NCBI GenBank assembly: GCA_024642705.1
Contig: JAHEAQ010000007.1
Coordinates: forward strand, 14,204-78,203
Source: Bacteroidota bacterium
GTDB taxonomy: Bacteria > Bacteroidota > Bacteroidia > Chitinophagales > Saprospiraceae
Direction of reading: 5' to 3'
DNA length: 64,000 nucleotides
Below, piece after piece: positions 48,470 through 58,412 of this stretch. Both the position numbers and the translations under genes were made by a program. The notes under the pieces are model-generated. The model ran no database searches, had not been told where the DNA came from, and was given only the letters and a program-made list of their open reading frames with translations. Within the stretch, counting starts at the first letter, position 1; every line of letters begins with the position of its first letter.

Positions 48470-49087
48470 ATGGAAAAGGAAATTTATATTATTAGGCATG
48501 GAAGAACCGAATACAACAAATTGGGTATTTGGCAAGGTAGCAGTGTGGATATGCCTTTAGATGAAGTTGGAAGAAAAGAGGCCTTGGCATTTTATAAAGC
48601 ATATAATCATGTTGAATTCGATTTAATCATACATTCCACCTTAAAAAGATCTAAAGAAACAGTGGCCTTATTTAATGCCTCAGGCGCCAAATATGTAGAA
48701 GCTCCAGATATTAATGAAATATCATGGGGTATTTATGAAGGGAAGCCACATAACAAAAAATCTTTAGCAGAGTATAAAAGTGTGATTGCAGCTTGGGCAG
48801 AAGAGAATTATGAAGTGGCTTTTAAAGGAGGGGAAAGCGCAAAAGATTTAGGAGATAGGATTAGCCGTTTTATTGGGTGGCTCAAATCGGTCGAACATAA
48901 AAAAATATTAATTTGCAGCCACGGTAGAGCAATTCGGGGGCTTATATGCTTGATGAATAATGAAGCTTTAAAAGAAATGGAAAAATATGATCACGCCAAT
49001 ACTGGTCTTTTCAAAGCAATTTTGAAAGATGATGAGTTTAAATTTAGTATTTACAACAATGTTGATCATTTAAATGGTGGTGTTTAA
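48470..49087 (+). CDS. Histidine phosphatase family protein (phosphoglycerate-mutase-like)
   Basis: IYIIRHGRTEYN (RHG catalytic motif), later CSHGRAIRG. Confidence 0.75.
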   Translation: MEKEIYIIRHGRTEYNKLGIWQGSSVDMPLDEVGRKEALAFYKAYNHVEFDLIIHSTLKRSKETVALFNASGAKYVEAPDINEISWGIYEGKPHNKKSLAEYKSVIAAWAEENYEVAFKGGESAKDLGDRISRFIGWLKSVEHKKILICSHGRAIRGLICLMNNEALKEMEKYDHANTGLFKAILKDDEFKFSIYNNVDHLNGGV

Positions 49088-49135
49088 GTTGCTCTAAAAA
49101 ATAATTATATCACTTCAACTGAAAAATTAAGTTTT

Positions 49136-49978
49136 ATGAAATTTTTTCAAGATTTAGAAATCCTTATAGCGTCTTATTATGAGCTTTTTATTGACTTTTT
49201 ACCAAAATTTGTCATCGCAATTATCGCATGCACTCTAATTATTATTAGTGTGCGATTCATTAGGAAAAAAATCGTAAAAGTCATCAGCATTAAAGCTGAA
49301 GATAAGTTGCTGGCGAATTTTGTGGATCAAGTACTTTGGATAATTTCAATTACGATAGTTTTTTTACTTTTCTTGTATATGATGGGGATGAAAACAATGG
49401 CTGGAAGTATATTAGGCGCGGCAGGGGTTTCTGCTTTCATTCTTGGATTTGCTTTCAAAGATATTGGAGAAAATTTCTTAGCTGGAATTATTTTAGCATT
49501 CAAAAGACCTTTTCGTTTAGGAGATATCATCAAAACTGGGGATGTCGAAGGCACAATTTTAGAAATGAACCTAAGGGATACGCACATCAAAACTGCGGAC
49601 GGGAAAGATGTATATGTTCCAAATGGTCTTTTCCTTAAAAATCCATTGTTTAATTATACTATTGATGGTTTTCTAAGGGGTAATTTTACTATCGGAATCG
49701 ATTATGGTTCTGATGTGGAAAAAGTAAGAGGAATAATCCAAAAGGTATTAAATGACATTCCAGGAATTTTGAAAGAAGCAAAACCGCCCCGAACACATGT
49801 GAAAATGTTGAATGTAAGCACAATCGATATTGAGGTATTTTATTGGATTGATACTTTTGATAATACTTATTCATCTTTAGAATTAAAGTCTGTTGCCCAA
49901 ACTAAAATTATAGATGCTCTAACTTTGGAAAATATAGTTTTACCTGCAAGCATTGTTGAAGTGGTGAATAGAACGTAA
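49136..49978 (+). CDS. Mechanosensitive ion channel, MscS family
   Basis: Three TM helices, then the MscS beta-domain GDIIKTGDVEGTILEMNLRDTHIKTADGKDVYVPNG. Confidence 0.8.
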   Translation: MKFFQDLEILIASYYELFIDFLPKFVIAIIACTLIIISVRFIRKKIVKVISIKAEDKLLANFVDQVLWIISITIVFLLFLYMMGMKTMAGSILGAAGVSAFILGFAFKDIGENFLAGIILAFKRPFRLGDIIKTGDVEGTILEMNLRDTHIKTADGKDVYVPNGLFLKNPLFNYTIDGFLRGNFTIGIDYGSDVEKVRGIIQKVLNDIPGILKEAKPPRTHVKMLNVSTIDIEVFYWIDTFDNTYSSLELKSVAQTKIIDALTLENIVLPASIVEVVNRT

Positions 49979-49997
49979 TAAATTGTATGATTTTGTC

Positions 49998-50513
49998 CTA
50001 AATCCAATTTCCAGCATATGAAAAATTGGTATTTGGGAAAACGGAGACCAAAAAATCATATTTCAATTTTGTTATTTGCCTAATATGAAGATAGTCATGC
50101 GCCAACCAATTGTTTAAAAAATGCATAGCACTTAATGACCCCAATGTTTTATGGGTATATTGGTTGTCCCAATTTGGCATTTCTAATGTTTTTAAAATGG
50201 AAATAGATTTGGTCCTTTCGAAAATGAATTCTTCTATTTTATTTTTAAAATTTTGATCCATATATTTTCTTTCGGTTACCCATAATAAAGGATTTATAGC
50301 TGGTGGACTACTATTTGGATTATGCAACAAATGCAGTACTCGAGTCCTGAAATCTTCTCGTTCTTCATCAATAAGATGACAAATGATTTCCAGCATACAC
50401 CATTGATTAGGGTTGGGTTTCCAAAGTGCTTTAGATTGTTCCAATTTCAACAATGATAATGATATTGTTTGGCAATTTGCTTCAAGTTGTTGAATGACGA
50501 ATTCGGGTGTCAT
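49998..50513 (-). CDS. DinB/YfiT-like (DinB_2) putative metal-dependent hydrolase family protein
   Basis: Four-helix-bundle family pattern with conserved His residues (HLIDEE, H...HDYLH). 171 aa. Confidence 0.6.
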   Translation of the reverse strand: MTPEFVIQQLEANCQTISLSLLKLEQSKALWKPNPNQWCMLEIICHLIDEEREDFRTRVLHLLHNPNSSPPAINPLLWVTERKYMDQNFKNKIEEFIFERTKSISILKTLEMPNWDNQYTHKTLGSLSAMHFLNNWLAHDYLHIRQITKLKYDFLVSVFPNTNFSYAGNWI

Positions 50514-50536
50514 TTGGTTTTTTTTTAGGAAAGTTA

Positions 50537-52579
50537 ATGAAAATGAATTTTATTGTCCATAAAAACAAAGCTACTTCATATATTCGCGTTGTGATAATTA
50601 AACCCAAAAAATATCTAGGTGTCGTTTTATGCTTATTAATGAGCTTTCCTTTTATTGTACTTGGGCAGGCATTGTCTCCTCGTACTGCCAATTATAAGAT
50701 GGATATTTCATTGGATGTTGAAAACAAAATGATTTCTGGAATTACTGAATTGGTTTGGAATAATCCTTCTACAAATGAAGTAAACGACATGCAATTTCAT
50801 TTGTATTATAATGCTTTTAAGAATTCGGAGTCTACTTTTTTTAAAAACGGCAATTCATTGGGTTTTATTGGTAAAAATATCGAGGAAGAATGTGGTTGGT
50901 CATATTCTGAAATTTTGAGTATAAAGGATGAAGAAGATCATGAACTGATAAATTCAAGTAAATTTATTGCTCCTGATGATGGAAATACAAAAGATCAAAC
51001 TGTTCTTTGGGTTCCATTGGATAAAGCAGTAAGTCCAATGGGTTCTGTCAAATTGAAAATTCTTTGGAAAGCAAAGATTCCTAAAGCCATGATTAGAACT
51101 GGCTATAATCAAGACTATTACTTTTTTGCACAATGGTTTCCAAAATTGGGCGTATATGAGCCTGCTGGCATGAGATATGAAAAAAATGGAGCTTGGAATT
51201 GCCATCAATACCATTCTTCTGGCGAGTATTATGGCGAATTTGGTAATTATGATGTTTCTTTAACTATTCCTGATAATTTCATTGTTGCTGCTACAGGCTA
51301 TTTGGTCGATGAAAAAAATATTGAAAATAAAAAGATTTACAGATTCAAAGCAGAAGATGTCATTGATTTTACATGGTCTGTATCTCCTCAATTTCTAAAA
51401 TTTGAGAAAAAGTGGAAAGATGTAAATTTGCAACTTTATACATATCCTGGACATGAGATTTTCGTGGATAGATATTTCAATAGTGCAATCCAATCTTTGG
51501 AATATTTAGACGAACATGTTGGAAAATATCCCTACTCGACTTTAAGCATTGTAGATCCACCTATCCATGGATTGTTTACAGGTGGGATGGAATATCCAAC
51601 TTTAATATCTTCTGTCAGTTTCACTTTTTTTCCTTCGGGCGTTAAAACACCAGAAACACTCGTTGTTCATGAATTCGTTCATCAGTATTTTATGCAGATG
51701 GTTTCGAATCATGAACAGGACGAACCTTGGATGGATGAGGGTTTTACCACCTATTACGAAGGAAGAATTTTAGACCATTATTATGGTTCAAAGACATCAT
51801 TGATCGATACTTGGGGAATTCAAATTGGTAATGGAGAGTTCAATAGATTAGAATTTTGGTCAAAAGCAAATCCGAAAATTGCGGACAACAGCTATAAAGC
51901 AAGAGATTTCAAACATGGAGGATATAGCCCAATTGCCTACAATAAGACTGCAATGATGCTGAAGACTTTAGAGGGATTACTTGGAGTGGAGAAAATGGAT
52001 GAATTGATGAAGAAGTATTTTGAAGAATGGAAATTCAAGCATCCATGTGGGTTGGATTTTATAAGCATTTTCAAAGACAATCTAAGTGCAGAGTTCCTAG
52101 CACAAAAGAAATTAAACTTATCCAGATTTTTTGATCAGGTGTTATATGGTTCTTTTGTTTGCGATTATAAAGTGGAAAGCATAGACAATTATTCGGTTGG
52201 AGGAAGTAAAGGGTATCTAAATGGTATTGATGACTGTGAGATAGAAAACCTTATTAAAGAGGATAGTTCATACAAATCGGTGGTTGTAATTAATCGATTG
52301 GGTGAATTGATTTTACCAGTTGATGTTTTGATAAGTTATGAAGATGGAAGTCAAACAAATTATATTTGGGATGGAGAAAAAAGAAGTACTGAATTTGTTT
52401 CTTTTGGAACAAATAAAATAGTTAAAGTGCAACTTGATGAGGATAGGAAGTTGAATTTGGAACAGAATTTTATCAATAATACTTTGAACACAAAAAAGTC
52501 TAGATCTTATAGGAAATATACTTCGAAATTCAAAGTAGGGATGCAGCATTTATTGGATTTTTTAAACTACCTAAGTTAA
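50537..52579 (+). CDS. M1-family zinc metallopeptidase (aminopeptidase-N-like), secreted
   Basis: HEFVHQYF (HExxH) with the downstream E in WMDEGFTTY, and a signal peptide KKYLGVVLCLLMSFPFIVLGQA. The track ORF begins at 50507, overlapping the divergent gene; I prefer the ATG at about 50537. Confidence 0.75.
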   Translation: MKMNFIVHKNKATSYIRVVIIKPKKYLGVVLCLLMSFPFIVLGQALSPRTANYKMDISLDVENKMISGITELVWNNPSTNEVNDMQFHLYYNAFKNSESTFFKNGNSLGFIGKNIEEECGWSYSEILSIKDEEDHELINSSKFIAPDDGNTKDQTVLWVPLDKAVSPMGSVKLKILWKAKIPKAMIRTGYNQDYYFFAQWFPKLGVYEPAGMRYEKNGAWNCHQYHSSGEYYGEFGNYDVSLTIPDNFIVAATGYLVDEKNIENKKIYRFKAEDVIDFTWSVSPQFLKFEKKWKDVNLQLYTYPGHEIFVDRYFNSAIQSLEYLDEHVGKYPYSTLSIVDPPIHGLFTGGMEYPTLISSVSFTFFPSGVKTPETLVVHEFVHQYFMQMVSNHEQDEPWMDEGFTTYYEGRILDHYYGSKTSLIDTWGIQIGNGEFNRLEFWSKANPKIADNSYKARDFKHGGYSPIAYNKTAMMLKTLEGLLGVEKMDELMKKYFEEWKFKHPCGLDFISIFKDNLSAEFLAQKKLNLSRFFDQVLYGSFVCDYKVESIDNYSVGGSKGYLNGIDDCEIENLIKEDSSYKSVVVINRLGELILPVDVLISYEDGSQTNYIWDGEKRSTEFVSFGTNKIVKVQLDEDRKLNLEQNFINNTLNTKKSRSYRKYTSKFKVGMQHLLDFLNYLS

Positions 52580-52583
52580 GCCA

Positions 52584-53438
52584 ATGAATGCGATTAAATC
52601 TTATATTGCGGCTTGGAAAGATATTGCCAAATACAGGTATCCCATCATTTTTCTTTTTCTAGCTAATATTATATTTACATTCATAGTTACTTCTCCATTT
52701 ACTTTATTTTTTAAGAAAAAGCATTTATTTTCTGATGCACTGGATATATATGATGGATATGATATAAGTGCTGTAATGGAATTTGTCAATAATTATGGGC
52801 AGGTGATTCAGCCCTTTAATGTTTTATTCGTTCAGATTGTATTGGCGTATTTTATTTTTGGAATTTTTACAAATTCAGGTGTTATTTACGCTGTAATAAG
52901 CCAAAATAGGGTTATTGCTTTGAGATCTTTTTGGAATGGAGGATTAAATTATTTTTGGAAAATATTGAGGTTGAGCATTTATTATTTATTAGGAATAGGA
53001 GTGGTAATATTTCTTATAATTCAACTTTTATTTTTATTAGGGATTAATATTTTGGAAGTCCAAGATGATAGAGAATTAACAAATAAATTTCTTTTAGGTA
53101 TTTTCCTTGGTTTTTTTATAATATCTTTCTTTTCTACCGTAAAACAATATGCCAAAGTTTTTATAGCAATAGATAAAAAACCACTTATTGGTGCTGCAAT
53201 TTTTAAATCTTCTAAATTTATTGTTAAAAATTTTGTGCCAACAATGTTCTTATATCTTATAAATATTGGAAGCGTAATATTGTTTTTTACAGCATATTTC
53301 TTGATTAAAAACTCACTGAATGTGAATGCTTGGGTCATATTGTTTATTGTTTCCCAAGCTTTAATCTTATTCAAAATTATTGCACGTATTATTCATTTAG
53401 ATAGTACGTATCAATTATACAAAGCATTAAAAAAATAA
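52584..53438 (+). CDS. Hypothetical polytopic membrane protein
   Basis: Six or seven hydrophobic helices, no recognizable motif. 4 bp after the M1 peptidase stop. Confidence 0.5.
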   Translation: MNAIKSYIAAWKDIAKYRYPIIFLFLANIIFTFIVTSPFTLFFKKKHLFSDALDIYDGYDISAVMEFVNNYGQVIQPFNVLFVQIVLAYFIFGIFTNSGVIYAVISQNRVIALRSFWNGGLNYFWKILRLSIYYLLGIGVVIFLIIQLLFLLGINILEVQDDRELTNKFLLGIFLGFFIISFFSTVKQYAKVFIAIDKKPLIGAAIFKSSKFIVKNFVPTMFLYLINIGSVILFFTAYFLIKNSLNVNAWVILFIVSQALILFKIIARIIHLDSTYQLYKALKK

Positions 53439-53467
53439 AATTGTAAATCGACCATTTCGAGCAGATA

Positions 53468-53872
53468 TTAGACTTTTCTTAGTTCCTTTCTAATCACTAG
53501 TTTTAATCCCGACCAATCTTCATTTACTGAACAAACTTTAATATCAACTAACTTAAGTGCTAATGCTGTATCTCTGATAATATCTTCATTCAATTCTGAA
53601 GCCTTTTTTGAAGCTTTTTTATACCACGAAACCCAAATCATACCATTTTCAAAGATACTATTCTGAAAAAAAGGCAACTTTTCTTCAAGTTCACTTACTT
53701 TGTTTGTGAAAAAATGAATAAAATCTGCTTTTTGAAATTCTAAACTTTCTATTATTGAGGTGTCTTTAGGGTATTCGTTTTCAAGAAGTTCATTGTAATT
53801 TTGTGGTGCATTGTATAAATAAATACAGAAACTTTGTTTTATGCCTAATTTTTGTAAAAGTGGGGTGGGCAT
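53468..53872 (-). CDS. Hypothetical protein
   Basis: 134-aa soluble ORF abutting the TerB-like gene. Confidence 0.45.
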   Translation of the reverse strand: MPTPLLQKLGIKQSFCIYLYNAPQNYNELLENEYPKDTSIIESLEFQKADFIHFFTNKVSELEEKLPFFQNSIFENGMIWVSWYKKASKKASELNEDIIRDTALALKLVDIKVCSVNEDWSGLKLVIRKELRKV

Positions 53873-53881
53873 TAATATTTT

Positions 53882-54328
53882 TTAGTTTAAATATTTTCTA
53901 AGATTATCTAATAATTGCTCTGGAGGTAGTTTTTTATCGGCATGCATTTTTACGGATTGAATTAAGTCTTCTGTCAATTGCTCTCTGAATCCCAATCTGA
54001 ATCCAATTTTTTGTACCAATCTAACTTCTTCATCTGTTACTTTCCCATCAGATTTCATACAGAAAAGCAAGTAATAAAGTACTGTCATTCTTTCAGATTC
54101 AGTTTTAGGAGGAGTGAAATTATACTTATTAAGATTCAATTGAATATCTCGCATTTCTTCTGATGAAATGCCCATATAATTTGAAACTTGCAAAATATAC
54201 ACGAATTCTTTTTCATCATAATATTGATCCTTCTTTGCCAACTTAAGCATTAAAGCTATTATTTCTCGACCCAGTTTTTCTTTATTTGAATGTTGCATAG
54301 AAATAAAAGTAAGATGTTTTTTTATCAT
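53882..54328 (-). CDS. TerB-like (tellurite-resistance TerB domain) protein
   Basis: KSDGKVTDEEVRLVQKIGFRLGF matches the TerB-domain acidic loop pattern. Confidence 0.55.
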   Translation of the reverse strand: MIKKHLTFISMQHSNKEKLGREIIALMLKLAKKDQYYDEKEFVYILQVSNYMGISSEEMRDIQLNLNKYNFTPPKTESERMTVLYYLLFCMKSDGKVTDEEVRLVQKIGFRLGFREQLTEDLIQSVKMHADKKLPPEQLLDNLRKYLN

Positions 54329-54462
54329 TTTGTAAAATATTAGTTTGAAATGATACTAAAAGAAAATAATCTGACAAATAATTGTTTTGTATAAGATAGT
54401 TTTGAAATCACTTCAATTATAACATTAGAATAATTAAATTGTAATTCATTCAAAAAGAGCAT

Positions 54463-55518
54463 ATGTATACTACAAAAATTTCAGGTATTGGTAAGTATTT
54501 GCCAGAATTAGAGGTTAGTAATGATGATTTGTCAAAATTTATGGATACTTCTGACGAATGGATTCAAGAAAGAACAGGAATAGTTACCAGAAGATATGGG
54601 AATAAGCACAAGGAGACCACTACCACAATGGGCACAAGAGCCGCTGAAATAGCCATCGAAAGAGCTGGAATAAATAAAGAGGACATTGATTTTATAATAT
54701 TTGCAACTTTGAGTCCGGATTACTATTTTCCTGGATGCGGAGTACTTTTACAAAGAGAGTTGGGAATTACAAAAACTGAAATTGGAGCTTTAGATATCAG
54801 AAATCAATGCACAGGTTTTGTTTATGGGCTAACCGTGGCTGACCAATTTATTAAATCTGGAATGTATAAAAACATTTTATTGGTCGGTGCTGAAATGCAT
54901 TCTATGGGCTTAGATTTTACTACGGAAGGCAGGGGGGTGACAGTTATTTTTGGTGACGGTGCGGGAGCGGTCGTTCTGCAGCGGAATGAAGAAGGCAAAG
55001 AAGGTATTTTAACATCTAATTTACATTCAGATGGAACGCACGCTGAAGAATTAGCAATGATTAATCCTGGTTCGCACGGTGGATACCATTTAGGAAAAGA
55101 AAAGTTCGGCTATCCTGATCAAGAATTTGGCGGCATTTTCTTAACCCAAAAAATGATGGATGACGGACTGATTTATCCAAATATGACGGGTCAATTGGTA
55201 TTTAAGACAGCAATTCAAAAATTTCCTGAATCAATAATGGAAAATTTAAATGCCGCGGGTTTGAACACTTCAGATATTAAAATGTTAATTCCACACCAAG
55301 CTAATCTCAGAATTTCTCAATTCGTTCAAAGAATTTTGAAATTGAGAGATGATCAGGTTTACAATAATATTCAAAAATACGGGAATACTACTGCCGCTTC
55401 TATTCCAATTGCTCTTTGTGAAGCATGGGAAGGAGGTTTGATTGAAGAAGGTGATTTAGTTTGTTTGGCAGCATTTGGAAGTGGATTTACTTGGGGAAGT
55501 GTATTATTGAGATGGTAA
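54463..55518 (+). CDS. fabH: 3-oxoacyl-[ACP] synthase III
   Basis: Active-site Cys in NQCTGFVYGL, His/Asn region LIPHQANLRI and GNTTAASIP, C-terminal FGSGFTWG. Confidence 0.9.
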   Translation: MYTTKISGIGKYLPELEVSNDDLSKFMDTSDEWIQERTGIVTRRYGNKHKETTTTMGTRAAEIAIERAGINKEDIDFIIFATLSPDYYFPGCGVLLQRELGITKTEIGALDIRNQCTGFVYGLTVADQFIKSGMYKNILLVGAEMHSMGLDFTTEGRGVTVIFGDGAGAVVLQRNEEGKEGILTSNLHSDGTHAEELAMINPGSHGGYHLGKEKFGYPDQEFGGIFLTQKMMDDGLIYPNMTGQLVFKTAIQKFPESIMENLNAAGLNTSDIKMLIPHQANLRISQFVQRILKLRDDQVYNNIQKYGNTTAASIPIALCEAWEGGLIEEGDLVCLAAFGSGFTWGSVLLRW

Positions 55519-55586
55519 TAGTTGATTTGCCAATAGAAATTTTCATTAAGTCATTCAAAAAATAGGAGTGTTTAAAATAAAGAAGT

Positions 55587-56300
55587 ATGGTTGATATTTT
55601 GGCTATTGGAGTGCATCCGGACGATGTGGAATTGAGTTGTTCAGGTACTTTATTGAAACATATTGGGTTGGGATATAGTGTTGGTCTGGTGGATCTAACG
55701 AGAGGTGAGTTAGGAACGAGAGGTACAGCAAAAATTAGACTTGAAGAAGCTGAAGATGCGGCAAGAATAATGGGAGCTCAATTTCGAGACAATCTTGAAA
55801 TGAGAGATGGTTTATTTGAAATATCTGAAGAAAATTTATTAAAAGTAGTGAGGTCAATTAGGACTTATCAGCCTAAAATATTATTTGCGAATGCAATTGA
55901 AGATAGACATCCAGATCATGGTAGGGCAGCTCAATTGGTCCATCAAGCAAGCTTTCTTGCAGGATTAAGAAGAATAGAAACTTCTCAAAACGGAAAATCT
56001 CAAATTCCATGGAGACCTAAAAATGTGTATCATTATATTCAAGATCGTAATATTGTTCCCGATTTTGTTACTGATATAACAGGGTATATCGAAAAAAAGA
56101 TGGAAGTGATTGCAGCTTTCAAATCCCAGTTTTATGATCCTAATTCAAAAGAACCCTCTTCACCTATTTCAGGTAAAGACTTTATGGAATTTATAGTCTC
56201 AAAGTCTAGAGCTTTTGGCAGAGAAGCGGGTTTTGAATATGGAGAAGGATTTACATCCTACAAGAAAATTGGAATACAAAATCTTTTTAATTTGACTTAA
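55587..56300 (+). CDS. bshB1: PIG-L/LmbE family deacetylase, BshB1-like (bacillithiol biosynthesis)
   Basis: LAIGVHPDDVELSCSGT (HxDD zinc motif), HPDH motif. 237 aa, matching BshB1 size. Confidence 0.75.
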   Translation: MVDILAIGVHPDDVELSCSGTLLKHIGLGYSVGLVDLTRGELGTRGTAKIRLEEAEDAARIMGAQFRDNLEMRDGLFEISEENLLKVVRSIRTYQPKILFANAIEDRHPDHGRAAQLVHQASFLAGLRRIETSQNGKSQIPWRPKNVYHYIQDRNIVPDFVTDITGYIEKKMEVIAAFKSQFYDPNSKEPSSPISGKDFMEFIVSKSRAFGREAGFEYGEGFTSYKKIGIQNLFNLT

Positions 56301-56401
56301 TAATACAATTATATTTTAAGCCAAGATACTTGTAATAAATCTTGCCAGCATAAATACCATCAGTGAATGAATTTGATTTTGAAATCTGTAATCTAACCTA
56401 T

Positions 56402-56929
56402 CTATTGTTTTGATGCATTTATTTCACAAGTAAGAGTTTGACCAAAGATATTAATCAATACTCTCAATTCTCCACTAAGATCAATTCCGTTAGGACTCAA
56501 AGTAGCTTCACCAGAAAATGTAAGGTCAGTTTTTAAATTTGGTAAATTTGGATCTAATGCAACACTTGTTGATGTAGGATCAATTATAATTTTGTCTCCA
56601 TCTACCCGACCAATCAATACAGGTATAGGAGTAGCTGTATTTTGGAATGAAACCTCAACCTCAGCATTGTTGGTTAGCCCTTCTGAAAAAGTAATTGTAA
56701 AAGCTTCTGCATTGGGTAATGGTGCTTGACAAGTTAAGTCTCCGACAAAAGTTCCTAAAAATTTATCTCGAGCAAAAACACAAATTCCGCTATCTACATT
56801 GGCATCTGGATTATAATTTTCTGCCTCTGCATCTAAACAACCTTCAATGTCCTTTTTACACGAACTTGTCAAGGTCATCATTGAAAATAAAACTATAGAA
56901 TAAAAAGTAAATTTGAAGAATTGTTTCAT
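56402..56929 (-). CDS. Hypothetical lipoprotein
   Basis: Signal peptide plus TSSCKKD lipobox. Beta-rich, no motif. Confidence 0.45.
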   Translation of the reverse strand: MKQFFKFTFYSIVLFSMMTLTSSCKKDIEGCLDAEAENYNPDANVDSGICVFARDKFLGTFVGDLTCQAPLPNAEAFTITFSEGLTNNAEVEVSFQNTATPIPVLIGRVDGDKIIIDPTSTSVALDPNLPNLKTDLTFSGEATLSPNGIDLSGELRVLINIFGQTLTCEINASKQ

Positions 56930-57270
56930 TTTTTTGTAGTTGTGTATGGTTTGTTTTCTAATAAGTCAACGTAATCAAGTGATCCTAATCTAAACCGCAT
57001 TGCAATTTTTGAGTTTTGTGCTACTCTTTCTTCAAATTTGCAGAAAAGGGCCAAATTATCAAACTGATACAAATATTTTGGGTTTATACTGAAATCATCA
57101 CTTTCTCTAAACGTATGTCGAGGTAAAAATTGCATATTTTTGGTTTCAAAATCATATTTTTTTTTTACGAAATCAATTTTATCGAATTGAAGGGGGCCAA
57201 TTTGATTTTGGCCAAAACCGCTAATTGAAAAAACAACCATCAGCCCTAATATCAAAATCGCTTTTGCCAT
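56926..57270 (-). CDS. Hypothetical small secreted protein
   Basis: Signal peptide MAKAILILGLMVVFSISGFGQ. Start chosen at the internal ATG (57270) because the track start at 57330 overlaps the upstream gene. Confidence 0.4.
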   Translation of the reverse strand: MAKAILILGLMVVFSISGFGQNQIGPLQFDKIDFVKKKYDFETKNMQFLPRHTFRESDDFSINPKYLYQFDNLALFCKFEERVAQNSKIAMRFRLGSLDYVDLLENKPYTTTKK

Positions 57271-57271
57271 T

Positions 57272-58402
57272 TTATTTTCTGCTTCCTTCATACAGCTCAA
57301 ATTTATGAAATTTTGCAGGGTTTGGTCCATTGAATAAGCTGAATTTTTTACTTGGTCTCAAACCCAATAGTTTCAAAGCTTGAATATTTGAAGAAATTAT
57401 CCAAACTGTAGTCCCAGGCATATTTTTCTTCATATGATCGCCTATTTTTTTGAAGAATTCTATAATATTATCTTCTTTGAGTCTGATGTCATATGGCGGA
57501 TTAATGATAACAAAAGAGCCAGGTTTTATTTCATGATTTTCAAAAAAATCTTTTTCTTCAACTTCCACCAAGCCGTCAAGTCCAGCTTCAGCAATATTGT
57601 GTCTGCTAGCTCTTATAGCCTCGGCATCCATATCAAAGCCTTTGATTTTTATCTCTAATTTTTTTTCATTTGCCTTGCAATTTTCAACCACTGAATTCCA
57701 AATAGTTTCGTCAAAGTTTTTCCAATTCATAAAACAGAATTTTTTCTCATATGAATGTGGTGGTTGATTCATTGCCATTTTAGCAGCTTCACACACAAAA
57801 CTGCCTGACCCGCACATTGGATCAAAGAGGTCTGTTTTCTTATCCCAATCACTAAGCAACAACAATCCAGCTGCCAAAACTTCATTAATCGGAGCTTCGA
57901 CAGACGAAATTCTATAACCTCGTTTGTGTAATGAATTTCCACTACTATCTAGCGAAATGGTTACTTTTTCTCGATGAATATGAGTGTTGATTCTAATATC
58001 CGCTTCATCTACATCTACATCTGGTCTAACACCCCATTTATCTCTAAGTTGATCGACAATAGCATCTTTTGTTTTTAAAGCGACATAATGAGAATGATTG
58101 AAATGATCCGAAGAAACAGATGAATTTACAGCTATAGTATTTCCTTTGGAAATGTATTTATGCCAATACAATTTTTTTACACCATTATATAATTCATGCT
58201 CATTTTGGGCTTTAAATCGAGTTATGGGAATAAGGATTCTTAATGCTGTTCTCAATTCAAGATTCGATCGATAAATTAATCTTTCATCCCCTTCATACTT
58301 GACTGCTCTATGCATGATCTCTATTTCTCTAGCTCCTATATTTCTCAGTTCATCTGCAAGAGTCTCTTCAAGACCTGCCATTGTTTTTGCTACTATTTCC
58401 AC
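57272..58402 (-). CDS. THUMP-domain class I SAM-dependent RNA methyltransferase (RlmL N-terminal-half-like)
   Basis: THUMP N-terminus MEIVAKTMAGLEETLADEL, SAM-binding DPMCGSGSF, and the amino-methyltransferase motif IINPPYD. Confidence 0.8.
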   Translation of the reverse strand: MEIVAKTMAGLEETLADELRNIGAREIEIMHRAVKYEGDERLIYRSNLELRTALRILIPITRFKAQNEHELYNGVKKLYWHKYISKGNTIAVNSSVSSDHFNHSHYVALKTKDAIVDQLRDKWGVRPDVDVDEADIRINTHIHREKVTISLDSSGNSLHKRGYRISSVEAPINEVLAAGLLLLSDWDKKTDLFDPMCGSGSFVCEAAKMAMNQPPHSYEKKFCFMNWKNFDETIWNSVVENCKANEKKLEIKIKGFDMDAEAIRASRHNIAEAGLDGLVEVEEKDFFENHEIKPGSFVIINPPYDIRLKEDNIIEFFKKIGDHMKKNMPGTTVWIISSNIQALKLLGLRPSKKFSLFNGPNPAKFHKFELYEGSRK

Positions 58403-58412
58403 ATTATGAATT

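Noticed and set aside
56330-56362. Hairpin ccaagat-N11-atcttgg between bshB1 and the convergent lipoprotein gene, considered as a terminator
   Set aside because: Only a 6-bp stem with no following T-tract on either strand, so it is too weak to call.
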